A DNA stretch of 64,000 nt from a virus (Duplodnaviria; Caudoviricetes): positions 4,913 through 68,912 of IMG/VR virus record IMGVR_UViG_3300037067_002302, one strand, 5' to 3'. A program made the translations under genes and the position numbers. The notes beneath the pieces are model-generated. The model was given only the letters and a program-made list of their open reading frames with translations, ran no database searches and was not told where the DNA came from. Positions 35,947-46,769 of the stretch are shown piece after piece (position 1 is the first letter of the stretch; the number at the start of each line of letters is the position of its first letter).

Positions 35947-36795
35947 ATGGATAGATCGGCTATTGCGACAGCAACAAGAGAACATTTGCATGAGCTTAAA
36001 GGTTCATACGTGACCGGTACGGTGCTTGTCAATGCTATCAACCGCTCGTGCAGGCGCATAAACAGGCTTACTAAGATAAACAAGGTTGAGGCGACTGTAG
36101 GTATACGCACGGGCGCAAGACAAATGTCACTCGGCACGGCCATCATGGACATTTACCGAGTCAGGTTGGGAACGGGCAGCCAACGCAAGCGGCTTATTCC
36201 TATAAGCATGGCGCGGCTCGACGTGGACGATGGTAGTTGGGAAGCTGCTACGGCGGGCACACCAAGTCAATATTACACGGACGGGTTAGTAATTGGATTC
36301 AATCCTAGGCCGCGTGTACGGGCATCCTGGGTGGCTGGAAGCGCGTATTCCGTAGGCGACCTAGTTGTTCCTACCGCCGCGAGCGAAAATGGGTTCTACT
36401 ATAAATGCACCGTTGCGGGAACAGCGTCAGGCACGGCTCCAACCTGGCCGACTACGATAAGCGGGACTGTATCGGATGGCGATGTTACTTGGCAGCAGGC
36501 GGGAAGTACTCGAGTATATCTGAAAGTGCTGGAAAGCCCTAGTCCACTGGCAAATGCAACAAGTTCGCCCGATTGGTGTCCCGTGGCTTATCAGGATTCG
36601 ATAGCAAAGGGCGCGGCGATAGACCTTGCGGGCGGTTTTTCGGCGGATATAGACAATAGCGCGATACGAAGAAGCGGATTATATCAGGAATACCTTGAAG
36701 AAGTGAACTCGCTGAAGGCACTCGGAATAAACAGATCACGCGAATACCAGGCCAGGATACGACCTACCGGATACGCGACTTTTAGGTCACGCTAG
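35947..36795 (+). CDS. Head-tail adaptor/neck protein with inserted carbohydrate-binding-like module; C-terminus altered by the IS
   Basis: Insert SWVAGSAYSVGDLVVP...YKCTVAGT...PTWPT...DGDVTW; last codons lie inside the IS. Confidence 0.6.
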   Translation: MDRSAIATATREHLHELKGSYVTGTVLVNAINRSCRRINRLTKINKVEATVGIRTGARQMSLGTAIMDIYRVRLGTGSQRKRLIPISMARLDVDDGSWEAATAGTPSQYYTDGLVIGFNPRPRVRASWVAGSAYSVGDLVVPTAASENGFYYKCTVAGTASGTAPTWPTTISGTVSDGDVTWQQAGSTRVYLKVLESPSPLANATSSPDWCPVAYQDSIAKGAAIDLAGGFSADIDNSAIRRSGLYQEYLEEVNSLKALGINRSREYQARIRPTGYATFRSR

Positions 36796-38015
36796 AGATA
36801 GTCGAAACTATCAGATTGTTCCTCTCAACTAAAAGTTGAGGAAACGATACGTCGGGTGACAACGGCGCATCGGAAGGGCATGTAGTCCAACCGACAAGGT
36901 ATTTATCTCGGATATTCTTAGAGGCATTGAGATCAGCATTATGCTTAAAACCACATTGACGACAAAGGAACTCGGATTGAGACTTACGGTTGCCGCGATA
37001 GGTGAACCCGCAGCGGTTGCACCTTTGCGATGTATGCCGAGGATCAATAGCGACAATTTGGCATCCTTTGGCTTCGGCCTTGTATTCGAGGAAGCCCTTG
37101 AGTTGCGCGAAGCTCCAGGAGTGAAGTCTGCGTTTGGCTTCTCCGCGAGAGGCTTTGCACCGAGTTCTAATGTTCGTAAGGTTTTCAACTACAACCGTAG
37201 TTCCTGGTTGAATATCCTTGAGAATAGAGGCGGAGATAACGTGATCGCAATCGCGTCGGAAACGTTGTTCACGTCCCGCAAGGCGTCGCAAGTGGCGTTT
37301 AGCCGACTTGGAACCGTTCGATTGAAGATCACGTTTGAGGCGGAAGGTTCGTTTGACAACCTCCTTCCAATGGCGTTTGCCGTGGAATCTGTTGTCGGAA
37401 GTAACGGCAGGTCTGGTAACGCCGAGATCAACACCTATTGCTTTACCGTTGTCGATAAAATCAACATCGGGCAATTTGACGACGACATGCAGGTAGAACC
37501 TACCTTTGCGTTTGATGAGGTCGGCGGTAGACGTAGGACAGTCAATAGCATATTTGGCATATTCAGGAATGGTAAAAGGAATTTTGAGCCTTCCGTTTGT
37601 AGACGACATGCTGATAAGTCCTTTATCCCAGTAGATTTTGAAGGTGTGTCGCTCATACCTTGGAGGACAAGATTTGGATTGTGGGCAGGATGTTTTCTTT
37701 TCTTTCTTAGAACGAGTTATAGTTGCCTTTATGGCCTCAGATGCCTTGTGAATTGCCTGAACATGCAGATCGGAAACAAGATCGGGAAGAGTATTTTTAC
37801 AACCGCGATAAACAATGTAATGAAGTTTGTAGGCGTTGCCCTCGCGCTTTTTCCAAGCTACGCGGCATATTGCGTTGAAGGACTCCGTGAATTGGCGGAT
37901 CGTTTCAATCAAGGCGTCGGACTGTTCGCAAGTCGGTATAAGTCTCAACCTAACCGTTCTATTCATGGTGATATTATACCATACAAATATGAGAATATGC
38001 AAATATAGATTTAGG
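36781..38015 (-). mobile_element. TnpB-only insertion sequence (IS200/IS605 or IS607 superfamily, non-autonomous)
   Basis: TTTAGG at both 36781-36786 and 38010-38015; removing one copy plus the interior restores ...GYATFRRD* and the AGGAGG RBS of the next gene. Right-end hairpins CTCAAC/GTTGAG and GATAGT/ACTATC. No tnpA. Confidence 0.8.
36782..37966 (-). CDS. tnpB: RNA-guided endonuclease TnpB
   Basis: RuvC motifs IGVDLGV, VVENL and NADLNAS; Zn finger CNRCG...CRQCG; own promoter TTGCAT-N18-TATAAT. Confidence 0.93.
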   Translation of the reverse strand: MNRTVRLRLIPTCEQSDALIETIRQFTESFNAICRVAWKKREGNAYKLHYIVYRGCKNTLPDLVSDLHVQAIHKASEAIKATITRSKKEKKTSCPQSKSCPPRYERHTFKIYWDKGLISMSSTNGRLKIPFTIPEYAKYAIDCPTSTADLIKRKGRFYLHVVVKLPDVDFIDNGKAIGVDLGVTRPAVTSDNRFHGKRHWKEVVKRTFRLKRDLQSNGSKSAKRHLRRLAGREQRFRRDCDHVISASILKDIQPGTTVVVENLTNIRTRCKASRGEAKRRLHSWSFAQLKGFLEYKAEAKGCQIVAIDPRHTSQRCNRCGFTYRGNRKSQSEFLCRQCGFKHNADLNASKNIRDKYLVGWTTCPSDAPLSPDVSFPQLLVERNNLIVSTISSVT

Positions 38016-38026
38016 AGGGATTAACA

Positions 38027-38368
38027 ATGGATACTTCAGGACTCAGGCAATTAAATAGCAAGAACGGCACTTTTGCCGCCGTATCGGGAACAGTGAACTG
38101 CGGCAATGCGCGTATTGTGTCGATGCAGGTAGTCTTGGATGGTAACAGCACTTACGAAGTAGCGGTAAGGGCGACCACGAGCGCAACCGGCACAGTCGGC
38201 AAGGACAGCATGGCGGCTTGCATTTCGGACAATGGAGTATGGGGAACGATACGGCCCTCCGGCGCTGGCGCGAACGACTGGTATCTTGCCTATAAGACGT
38301 ATAACGGCGCGACGGCGGCAACCGCAACCAGCGCGAATGATAAATACGCGGTCGAAAGGTGGGGCTGA
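38027..38368 (+). CDS. Hypothetical virion protein
   Basis: 113 aa, Ala/Thr/Gly-rich. Confidence 0.6.
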   Translation: MDTSGLRQLNSKNGTFAAVSGTVNCGNARIVSMQVVLDGNSTYEVAVRATTSATGTVGKDSMAACISDNGVWGTIRPSGAGANDWYLAYKTYNGATAATATSANDKYAVERWG

Positions 38369-38372
38369 TTAT

Positions 38373-38549
38373 ATGAAGAAGAAAACTCATCGCGGGTTTG
38401 AAACCGTGGCTAAGGAAATATCAAGGAAGCAAGGGATAGCTTTGGAAAATGCCCGCGCTATTTTGGCTAAATCGGGCAGGAACGCATCCGCCGCAGCCAA
38501 ACGAAAGAATCCGAGACTCCTGAAAATCAGTGGAGCGAAGAAGCATTAG
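38373..38549 (+). CDS. Small basic phage protein
   Basis: HRGFETVAKEISRKQG...AILAKSGRNASAAAKRKNPRL. Confidence 0.65.
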   Translation: MKKKTHRGFETVAKEISRKQGIALENARAILAKSGRNASAAAKRKNPRLLKISGAKKH

Positions 38550-38561
38550 GAGGGTTTTACG

Positions 38562-38765
38562 GTGGCAAAATCAAGACCTGTGTCTGTAGACGAAAAGAAA
38601 TGGCAGGTTGAAAGCGACTTGAACGCGCTTAAACAGGCTGAGGAGATACGGACGGATAGGAAGCGGCTTGCGGCAGTTCAAAAGCTGGCGAAACAGCAAC
38701 AATCAGCACTCAATCGCATCAATCCGCAAGTGCAGCAAGGGACGAAAAAAGGACGGAAGAAATAA
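38562..38765 (+). CDS. Small phage protein
   Basis: WQVESDLNALKQAEEI...KRLAAV; GTG start with GGAGG RBS. Confidence 0.65.
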   Translation: MAKSRPVSVDEKKWQVESDLNALKQAEEIRTDRKRLAAVQKLAKQQQSALNRINPQVQQGTKKGRKK

Positions 38766-38950
38766 TGAACGCATTGCTCATATTGTGCATGATCGTGGCT
38801 ATGATCGCAGGAGTATTACACGATTGGCGATTATTGGCATACGGATTATTGACATACGGCTGCGTAGTGACGCTTTGCACAACGATACAGGACGCTTTGG
38901 GCAAGATAACAGACGCGATAAAGGAGGCCACTTATGGTAAACAACGATAG
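38765..38950 (+). CDS. Small membrane protein
   Basis: Two hydrophobic segments; TAATG coupling. Confidence 0.55.
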   Translation: MNALLILCMIVAMIAGVLHDWRLLAYGLLTYGCVVTLCTTIQDALGKITDAIKEATYGKQR

Positions 38951-41378
38951 AGCACCGACCGGGCCGAGGGTGCTCGCGCTGGAGGCTGCCCGTGCTGTTC
39001 GTATTCGACACGACGATGGCACGTGGACTAATTATACTCCGACTGCGGATACAGACTTAGCTCGTGGAGCATGTCTTGAAGCTGCATTAGCAGCAGTCGC
39101 GTCGTGTGAAAGCATCTTCATCGCTCCGGGCAGGTTTCGCGGCGATTTTACCATACCGGAAACACTGAACGCCATTTCGATATTCGGATCAGGAAGAGAT
39201 TCGACGGTTCTATTGCCAGATACCAATGTCCTGCGCGGTACGGCAGTCCTGACGATTACTCAGGATGTAGGCGGAGTGAGCCATATTATAAAAGACTTTA
39301 CGCTAGGGCAGGATAGCGGGACACCGTTTAGAGCCTGCGCGTGCCTCAAGACTGATGTAACTCCTGCCAATACGGCGTATGGCCTCATCGTACGCGCTGA
39401 GAATATCAAGTATAGCTGGAAACATGGCGCGGCTGTAATTGGCGGGGCAATCGATCAGGTAAACCCTGAGATTTACGCATATAAAGATTTAGATACCGAC
39501 CCACCGCTTTACGCTAAGACAATACTTTCAGGAGAGGAAGCCGTCAATCTGTGGAGTGGTGGAGCCGGTTATTCCGCCGCCCTGAGTTATTCCTGCCCGA
39601 AGTGGAATACCGGTCATAAAATCAGTGTTCCCGACACGGCGACGACTGACGCGTATAAATTTACTCCCGCTAGTTTCCCAAGCGTACCGGTTACGGCGGA
39701 TGCTATCAAGCTTTTTATGTATGTCGGGGCTTGCAGCGGCCTTAAAGATGGTGACTGGGAACTCCAGGTGCAAACTTCGGACAATACCAAGATCGGCGAT
39801 TCAATCCCGCTTCCATCCCTAACACCTAGTTATGATACGACCTGGGTTCCGCTCATTCTGGCTTGGACGGGAACGAAAACAGGCACAGCGCATCATCTGG
39901 CGCTTGTCAAAGTTCGTAGTTGGGCGAATCCGGCTTTTGCTATTGGGTTTAATGACCTTCAGATGATCGACACCACGAGAGCCGATAACGATCAGATTTT
40001 TTATGACGGTTGGGACCCGACACAGGTCAAGCCAAAGGTAATGACCGAGGACAGTAGCGACCCTACCGTGCTCTATGGAACTGGCTCAAAAGGCCTCTGG
40101 GGTGGACGTTGGACGGGTGGAACCGCGTTGATGGCAGGAGTTGGGGCAGTGCCGAACACCGCATTACCGCGGTTTACGGTTGGTATCGTGCATATTGCAC
40201 CTTTACCCGGACTCGGCACTCTCCAATGGACAAACCCTATTGTTGAAATTCGATGTAGGGACAATGGTTGCGGTGAAGTATTCAAAGCTCTTGGGCATTC
40301 GTCTGCCGAGAGCAATATGGCGATAGTGGGCGCTCAGATTTATCCAGAGATGGGCGGCAGTACCGCCGAGTTTTGGTATATGCAGACGCTTTTCGGTTCC
40401 ATTTCCGCGCAAGGGATCGATATGAGCACCGTAAACGCTGAGTATCTGGCTCAAGTCCATCCCGTGCGTCAACTCCATGCCAATGTTATGTGGAATGGAA
40501 AGGTCTATAACAGCAACGATCTGGATATTGGCAGATATTGGGGTCATCGCACCGGTCTGAATAATCGGGTGCTCGATCTCGAATCCGGCATGTCCAAACA
40601 ACAGGACGATACGATCAAGGCATGGCTGACAGAGAACCCGCGACGGATTATAACTCCGGTCTTGGACGCCAAGGGTGCGGCCACATGGCGATACATAAAT
40701 GTCGTATATCTCACTACGAGGGCAATCAAGATCAAGGCCGCGCGTATCGTCTATACACAGGCCACAAACACAGCAAGTGGCGCGATTATTTGTATTGGTA
40801 AGCCTGGTGTGTCCGATACCTACTACGCGAACAATACCGCGCTTGAAAATGCAAAGGGCATAGGCGATTCCACTGCTATAGCACTTCTGAATGAGATTGT
40901 GTCCGATGGCAGCACTGTTGTAGTCGAGTTCAGACCGTCAGCTTCAACCGTGACCGGCAAGTTCTACGTTGAACTGGATTTCGATTATGTAACTCCATCA
41001 GCGATTCTCGGAGTTCCGACAATAACCGTAACCGGCGATGGTGAAGACGATAAAAACGTTGTCGTCCAACTGAAAGATGAGTTCGCAAATGACGTGATAG
41101 ACGGGATTTACCCTGTAGATTTGTGGCTGTCGGATACTGCCGGAGGCGCGGAGATAACTACAGCGCCTACATCGATCGCAATCAATTATGGCATTCAGTT
41201 GAAAGTGATAACGGCGGACAAACACTGGAGTTATCTCACCGACGTAGACCTCATACAACCCGGATGTATCGATTTCACGATCACGCATACGGATGCAGCC
41301 GCTAAAACATTATTTGTGAACATTGCGGCGGGTGGCAAAATATACAGTTCGGAAGCGATAGTATTCCCAGCGGCGTAG
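38934..41378 (+). CDS. Tail fibre/spike-like protein
   Basis: 814 aa, beta-rich; beta-helix-like start (LEAALAA...IFIAPGRF) and Ig-like C-terminus. Confidence 0.6.
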   Translation: MVNNDRAPTGPRVLALEAARAVRIRHDDGTWTNYTPTADTDLARGACLEAALAAVASCESIFIAPGRFRGDFTIPETLNAISIFGSGRDSTVLLPDTNVLRGTAVLTITQDVGGVSHIIKDFTLGQDSGTPFRACACLKTDVTPANTAYGLIVRAENIKYSWKHGAAVIGGAIDQVNPEIYAYKDLDTDPPLYAKTILSGEEAVNLWSGGAGYSAALSYSCPKWNTGHKISVPDTATTDAYKFTPASFPSVPVTADAIKLFMYVGACSGLKDGDWELQVQTSDNTKIGDSIPLPSLTPSYDTTWVPLILAWTGTKTGTAHHLALVKVRSWANPAFAIGFNDLQMIDTTRADNDQIFYDGWDPTQVKPKVMTEDSSDPTVLYGTGSKGLWGGRWTGGTALMAGVGAVPNTALPRFTVGIVHIAPLPGLGTLQWTNPIVEIRCRDNGCGEVFKALGHSSAESNMAIVGAQIYPEMGGSTAEFWYMQTLFGSISAQGIDMSTVNAEYLAQVHPVRQLHANVMWNGKVYNSNDLDIGRYWGHRTGLNNRVLDLESGMSKQQDDTIKAWLTENPRRIITPVLDAKGAATWRYINVVYLTTRAIKIKAARIVYTQATNTASGAIICIGKPGVSDTYYANNTALENAKGIGDSTAIALLNEIVSDGSTVVVEFRPSASTVTGKFYVELDFDYVTPSAILGVPTITVTGDGEDDKNVVVQLKDEFANDVIDGIYPVDLWLSDTAGGAEITTAPTSIAINYGIQLKVITADKHWSYLTDVDLIQPGCIDFTITHTDAAAKTLFVNIAAGGKIYSSEAIVFPAA

Positions 41379-41403
41379 GACGGAAGGCGTAAGGAACCCA
41401 CCA

Positions 41404-43107
41404 ATGTCATCATTTACTAACGAGCAGTGGCAAGCGGCGTTACGCAATATAGCCGACCCGAACCAGGGCGCGGCTTTGATCGGCTATATACGCGATGCCG
41501 TTGGCGCGGTCGGGCGAAGCCAGCATGATAAAGACGATGAAGAAGTCTCGATCATGGACTTCGGCGCGTACGGCGATGGCGTCCACGATGACACGCCCGC
41601 GTTTGTGGCCGCGCTTAATCATATTGTCAATTCGGGCAAGAGAGCGACGCTTAAATTGCCTGCGGTAACGGGTTGGAAGATAACTCAGCAGATAACCGTC
41701 GATATTTCCTACGTGGATATTGATTCAGAGCGCGCGCCTATCGACTGCTCGGCTATAACGTCCGGCGCGGCGTTTTATATAACCGGTTCGTCAGCAGATA
41801 AATATATGCAGCATGCGGCCAGAATACAGGGTGTGCATCTAAAAGGGTCATCCAGGTATTCATCGGTCATCGGCATGCAGTTTTCAGGCCCAGGTGATTC
41901 GCGCAAGTTGGGCGCGTCGTACGCGTCTATCGTCAACTGCATTGTGGAACTGTTCGGCACGGGTGTATCGCTTGAGAATTCCGCGTATCTCATCCAGTTC
42001 GACAAGACCGCCCTAATGCGGAACGGCATAGGTATAAGTTATCCATCCGGTTATGCGGACAACGGGGAAAATGTGACGTTCCATCTTGGTTCGATCTCTA
42101 ATAACGAGTGCGGTATATATATGCGGACTGGTGTTATTTCGATGTATGGGACATCGATAGATTATAATCACGATCACCTTACCGAAAAGATAACCAAACA
42201 GATAGACGTTTCATCCGCAATGCTTTTCATGTACGGATGTTATATGGAAAGCAAGTACCATGACGCAACCGCAGACGGCTATCAACCGCCGATAAAATGC
42301 GCGGGCAATGGCGGACTGGTTCACATGTTCGGCGGCGCGATCACATTTGCCGCGTCGGGTTTGATTCAGCCGGACTATCTTATCTCCTGCGAGCCTGACG
42401 CGTCCAGTAGTGCGGCGATGGTAGTGTTGGATGGAGTTCATATACACAATGTAATGCCTACGAGTAAAAAATATGCAATAACGACCGCTTACGGCACTGT
42501 GAGGATAATCAATAGGGCAGGACTCAATATAAGCGCGAGCGCTCACCTGATCGGCGATGGCGCGACTGAAAACTTCATCAAAGACGGCAGTTTCGAGGGC
42601 GCGACCATCACGAGCAATGTGTTCATCTCAGGCGATACAGCCGCGATAACCGACAGGCTGAACGGCACGAATATAGACCTCGTGCTCGATGCTACGCCAG
42701 GTATGGCGCGAACCGGGTCAAAATGCTTGAAGGCGACCACGGGCGCGGGAGCAACCGGCAAGTTCGCGTTTATATGTCCCGTCACTCCTGGAGGACTTGG
42801 AAACCACGAGCTTTATTATAAGAAGCCGGGCAGTGAAACAGGCGATATAACCATAAGCGGTTACTACGGCGTGATCGACTACAACGCGGACGGAGTGCCG
42901 ACGTATCTTACCCGCACCGCCGCGATACATACGGATAGCGTTACCTTCACATCGGCGGCGGTAGACTGGACGATCATCGAAGGGACTTACAACATAGCCG
43001 GCAAACGCGCACCCGCGTGGGCGACGCATTATATCGTAGAGATCGATATGGACGCGTTCCCTTCGGCTGATCTTTATATAGACGACGTGAACATGGCGGT
43101 GACTTGA
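41404..43107 (+). CDS. Tailspike with pectate-lyase-3-like beta-helix
   Basis: VSIMDFGAYGDGVHDDTPAFVAAL. Confidence 0.8.
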   Translation: MSSFTNEQWQAALRNIADPNQGAALIGYIRDAVGAVGRSQHDKDDEEVSIMDFGAYGDGVHDDTPAFVAALNHIVNSGKRATLKLPAVTGWKITQQITVDISYVDIDSERAPIDCSAITSGAAFYITGSSADKYMQHAARIQGVHLKGSSRYSSVIGMQFSGPGDSRKLGASYASIVNCIVELFGTGVSLENSAYLIQFDKTALMRNGIGISYPSGYADNGENVTFHLGSISNNECGIYMRTGVISMYGTSIDYNHDHLTEKITKQIDVSSAMLFMYGCYMESKYHDATADGYQPPIKCAGNGGLVHMFGGAITFAASGLIQPDYLISCEPDASSSAAMVVLDGVHIHNVMPTSKKYAITTAYGTVRIINRAGLNISASAHLIGDGATENFIKDGSFEGATITSNVFISGDTAAITDRLNGTNIDLVLDATPGMARTGSKCLKATTGAGATGKFAFICPVTPGGLGNHELYYKKPGSETGDITISGYYGVIDYNADGVPTYLTRTAAIHTDSVTFTSAAVDWTIIEGTYNIAGKRAPAWATHYIVEIDMDAFPSADLYIDDVNMAVT

Positions 43108-45950
43108 TGGCTGAACTTGTTGCAGCTTCAAATAATTTTAACGGCGGGAATAATCGAGCAGTACCGGAGCGCGTTGGCATGAATGAATCCAGTGTGCTTC
43201 AAAACCTCGTCCACGTTGGCGGGAATCTCACGTCCATTGACGGCAGGATAATAACCAATCCTGGCGGAATGCCTGGAACTGGCGCGATAACGTCACTTGA
43301 GCGCTTTTACAAATCCGGTCACAGGATAGACGATACCGCCGCGACAAGTAAAAAAGGATGGGCGCTTGCAAGCCGAGGCGCGTATGCATATCTCGCTTGT
43401 GAGGTTTACTGCACGCTTCAGTCGGCTGCGGCTACTACCGATGGCTATATAACCATCAGGACGGCGGACTCAGGCAATGAGGCGGGAATAAACAGGTTTC
43501 CTAACAGTAGTTATGTCCGCATTACACCGGCAAGCGGTGATACAACGCCGTATTTCTTATATTATACGGCTAAGACGGTGGCGACCGGCAGGTTGACATG
43601 CACTGTACCGCGCACTATCCCTAACGGTTCGCTTGTCGAATGCGTGGACTATAGACCGGTATTATATTCCGCTGGATATTCCGATCCCGCCGAGTATGCT
43701 TCCGCTAATGGGCGTTGTTATATTGCGTTCTACGGACTATATAGGTGGGATGGGTTTTATTACACTGTAGGTACAGTCGCTTGCACGGGCAACACGACGC
43801 TTACGGGAACAGGTACGACATGGAGCGGGTTCGTTCTTCCTGGCGATAAGGTTTACTACTGCAACCGCAACGGCGCGTCCACCGGCACGTGGTATGGGCC
43901 GTATATAGTGTCAGCAGTGGGTAGCGATACGTCTATAACACTGACAGGCAACGGGCAATCGACTGCGGCGTTCAATCCAGCAGACAAGGCCGATTATATC
44001 ATCGTGAGGATGAATAACGCGGGCATTGCGCCACCTACGACCGCACCGACATTAGCGGCGGCAACCGGAGGAACCAGCGCATTAGACACTGGTGCTGTTT
44101 ACAAATACCAATATCGCTATTTGCGTAAGATAAGCGGATTAACCAAGGCATCCGTTACCGCATCGCCACCAGTAACTACGGCAGTAACAGACGCGGGAGA
44201 CTATTTTACGGTTGGAGTGCCTATCAACTGGACGCCTTATTCGTCCGTATCCGGTGACTTCGGTATACGCATAGAACGTACCGAAGACGGAGGAACCGAT
44301 TTTCTTGTAGTTGCTGATTATTGGGATGGCTACGGGTTATACAGTCCTATGGGAAGCAATGTCTGGTATACCCACACTGATAAACTTATAGATACATCAC
44401 TCACGGCACTTGGAGCCACAAGCGCATTAGTCCCTAATCCCAACATAGCGCCTACGGTTACTGAATACGCGTCGGGTTCCAACTTGACTGCCGGAACACG
44501 AGATATGTATTTCACTCTTTATAATTCAGTAACAGGCACGGAGTCCAATCCTTCTCCGAAGGCGACCGTCACTACAACCGCAGGGCAACAGGTCACAATA
44601 ACGGCGGCACTCACGGGTGAGGATCGGCAGGCGGATTATATCCGGTTCTATTCGACGGCGACTGATGGCAGTTCGACGGCTTATCGCATAGCGCAGGTGG
44701 CTTGGGCTGCCGGGGCAACGACGGTAAGTTATATATACACGAGTGCCGATGCTGACCTTGATTCGACCAAGATAATGTCGAATGACTTTGATCCTCCTCC
44801 CGCATCGGTAAGTCATGTATGTTATAACAACGGAAAGATGTATGTTTGGGGCGATCCTAATTATCTGCACCGGGGCTATTTCTCGACCGTAGGCGATCCC
44901 GAACACTGGGCGCGTTACGAGTGGGGCGGCCCCGATGAACCGACTTATGAAGACCCGACACTGGGCGGTTATTTCACAATCGGGCATTCGGGAGATGAGA
45001 TTCTTGCAATAACTCCGAGCAATGATATGTCCATAGCAAGCCTGATTGTGCAGTCGAGATCGAAGACCTGGTATTGGATAGGCAGCAATTGGGTCGACCA
45101 TCAACTTATAGAAGCGTGGATGGATGGCACTTCAAGCGCGAGAGCATGGGCGAATTATAAGGGTGTATTGTTCGGATTATCAGCCGATACGGGAGTGCAG
45201 AGGAAATTACCGGGTGCGATGCCGGAGGGTGTATACGAGAAGATTTTCCCGTTAAATAGATACCCGTTCCGCGACCAGGTGACGGCAGGCGGGAGTTACG
45301 CGGATTATTTCGAGAAGTGTTCGGGGGCCTGCTGGAGGGATTATTATGTATTCGTATGGCCTCAATCTCCGAGTGCTTATTGCAATAAGATGATGATGTA
45401 TCACATACCGACAGGCACGTATTGCGAAATAGGTACGACATCGTATCCTGTCAACGCAAGTTGTCTATCCGTATGGAATGGCCCTGGCGATAATGGCGAA
45501 CTATATTACGGTAGCGCCGCTGATGGTTATATATACAGGCTTCATGCAAAAACGGGCGCATATACTCTCTGGAGTCAGGATGTTCCCGATCAGACAGGAA
45601 CGGGAGTCGAATGCGTATGGCGGTCGGGTGCTATACAGCATGGAAGCAATCCAGACAAGGAATTCAACGTAAAAAGCCCGGTCAGGATGTTCATGAATTT
45701 TCACCAGCCCGCAAGCGACCAATCAATAACGGTAAAAGCTTATACGCGTGGAGATGAAACGACGGCAGAATGGTCGGGTGTCTCGAAAACACTATCCGCT
45801 TCGGTAGATGGTGAACGTAACTACGTCGATGTTGCGCCATCGGCAAATGGGCCGTCGTTTATGATGGAATGGTCTGGCATATTCACAAAGCCAGTTGTTT
45901 TTGAGGGATATTCGTTGACTTATATAGAAAAGGGAAATCCCACGAGTTAG
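43107..45950 (+). CDS. Tail stabilisation / tubular protein B-like (P22 gp10-like)
   Basis: FNGGNN...VLQNLV start, IAPPTTAPT repeats, propeller-like C-terminal half (HVCYNNGKMYVW, YFSTVGDPEHW). Confidence 0.65.
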   Translation: MAELVAASNNFNGGNNRAVPERVGMNESSVLQNLVHVGGNLTSIDGRIITNPGGMPGTGAITSLERFYKSGHRIDDTAATSKKGWALASRGAYAYLACEVYCTLQSAAATTDGYITIRTADSGNEAGINRFPNSSYVRITPASGDTTPYFLYYTAKTVATGRLTCTVPRTIPNGSLVECVDYRPVLYSAGYSDPAEYASANGRCYIAFYGLYRWDGFYYTVGTVACTGNTTLTGTGTTWSGFVLPGDKVYYCNRNGASTGTWYGPYIVSAVGSDTSITLTGNGQSTAAFNPADKADYIIVRMNNAGIAPPTTAPTLAAATGGTSALDTGAVYKYQYRYLRKISGLTKASVTASPPVTTAVTDAGDYFTVGVPINWTPYSSVSGDFGIRIERTEDGGTDFLVVADYWDGYGLYSPMGSNVWYTHTDKLIDTSLTALGATSALVPNPNIAPTVTEYASGSNLTAGTRDMYFTLYNSVTGTESNPSPKATVTTTAGQQVTITAALTGEDRQADYIRFYSTATDGSSTAYRIAQVAWAAGATTVSYIYTSADADLDSTKIMSNDFDPPPASVSHVCYNNGKMYVWGDPNYLHRGYFSTVGDPEHWARYEWGGPDEPTYEDPTLGGYFTIGHSGDEILAITPSNDMSIASLIVQSRSKTWYWIGSNWVDHQLIEAWMDGTSSARAWANYKGVLFGLSADTGVQRKLPGAMPEGVYEKIFPLNRYPFRDQVTAGGSYADYFEKCSGACWRDYYVFVWPQSPSAYCNKMMMYHIPTGTYCEIGTTSYPVNASCLSVWNGPGDNGELYYGSAADGYIYRLHAKTGAYTLWSQDVPDQTGTGVECVWRSGAIQHGSNPDKEFNVKSPVRMFMNFHQPASDQSITVKAYTRGDETTAEWSGVSKTLSASVDGERNYVDVAPSANGPSFMMEWSGIFTKPVVFEGYSLTYIEKGNPTS

Positions 45951-45967
45951 TGTTTGGAGGTATTGAC

Positions 45968-46765
45968 ATGAGTACGTTTTCGGCAATAACAGGGCAGGAT
46001 GCAAGCCATAACGCTGGCAAGGCGGCAGGTCAGGCACAACAACAGATGGACTTGCAGCGACAACAGCAGGAGTGGCAGAGGCAGTTGTTCGATCAATGGA
46101 TAGCACCTTATATGCAGGCCGGACTCGCGCAACTTCCAGGACAGACGCAAAATTACAATACGCTCATGGGTTATATCCAAAATATGATGAGTGGTAATAA
46201 CGCGGGACTGCCTGCATACCTCCAACCTGCCGATACGTCAGGACTTGAAAAAGGGTTATCGACGTTATCGCGCCAGGGACTAGATCAGGCCACACAGGGT
46301 ATGCAGGGCAATATAGCGCAGTATTACGCACAGCGTGGAGTGCCGATTTCACAGCAGCAGACGAACCTTATACCGAGATTCCAGAACCAGTTCAATAACG
46401 CGCTTGCCACCGAGAATGCGAACAAGGCGACTACCATGTATGGCGTTAATCAGGCGAGTAAGGCAAACCAACTCGGCAATTTCTTCAACATGCTTGGCGC
46501 TGTGAACGGTATGGTTATCAATCCGTCACAATATGCCGGAGTCGGCATTAACATGGCAGGTAATAATATTAACCAGGCTGGCAATAACGCGAATTATTAT
46601 AACCAGTTAGCCCAGCAGTATGCGCAGCAGAGTGGCGGCATGATGGGCAACCTGGGCAGTATCATTGGGTCGCTTTGGGGCGATGCCAGCAGCACGAACG
46701 GTGTTAATATCTTAGGCGCAGGCAATACAGGTCTAAAAGGTAACAACTATTTATACGGAGGGTAA
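45968..46765 (+). CDS. DNA ejection/pilot protein
   Basis: AGKAAGQAQQQMDLQRQQQEWQRQLFDQWIAPYMQAG; Gln/Asn/Gly-rich. Confidence 0.65.
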   Translation: MSTFSAITGQDASHNAGKAAGQAQQQMDLQRQQQEWQRQLFDQWIAPYMQAGLAQLPGQTQNYNTLMGYIQNMMSGNNAGLPAYLQPADTSGLEKGLSTLSRQGLDQATQGMQGNIAQYYAQRGVPISQQQTNLIPRFQNQFNNALATENANKATTMYGVNQASKANQLGNFFNMLGAVNGMVINPSQYAGVGINMAGNNINQAGNNANYYNQLAQQYAQQSGGMMGNLGSIIGSLWGDASSTNGVNILGAGNTGLKGNNYLYGG

Positions 46766-46769
46766 TGAT

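Noticed and set aside
36941-38008. 355-aa plus-strand ORF
   Set aside because: Antisense shadow of tnpB with no recognisable motifs.
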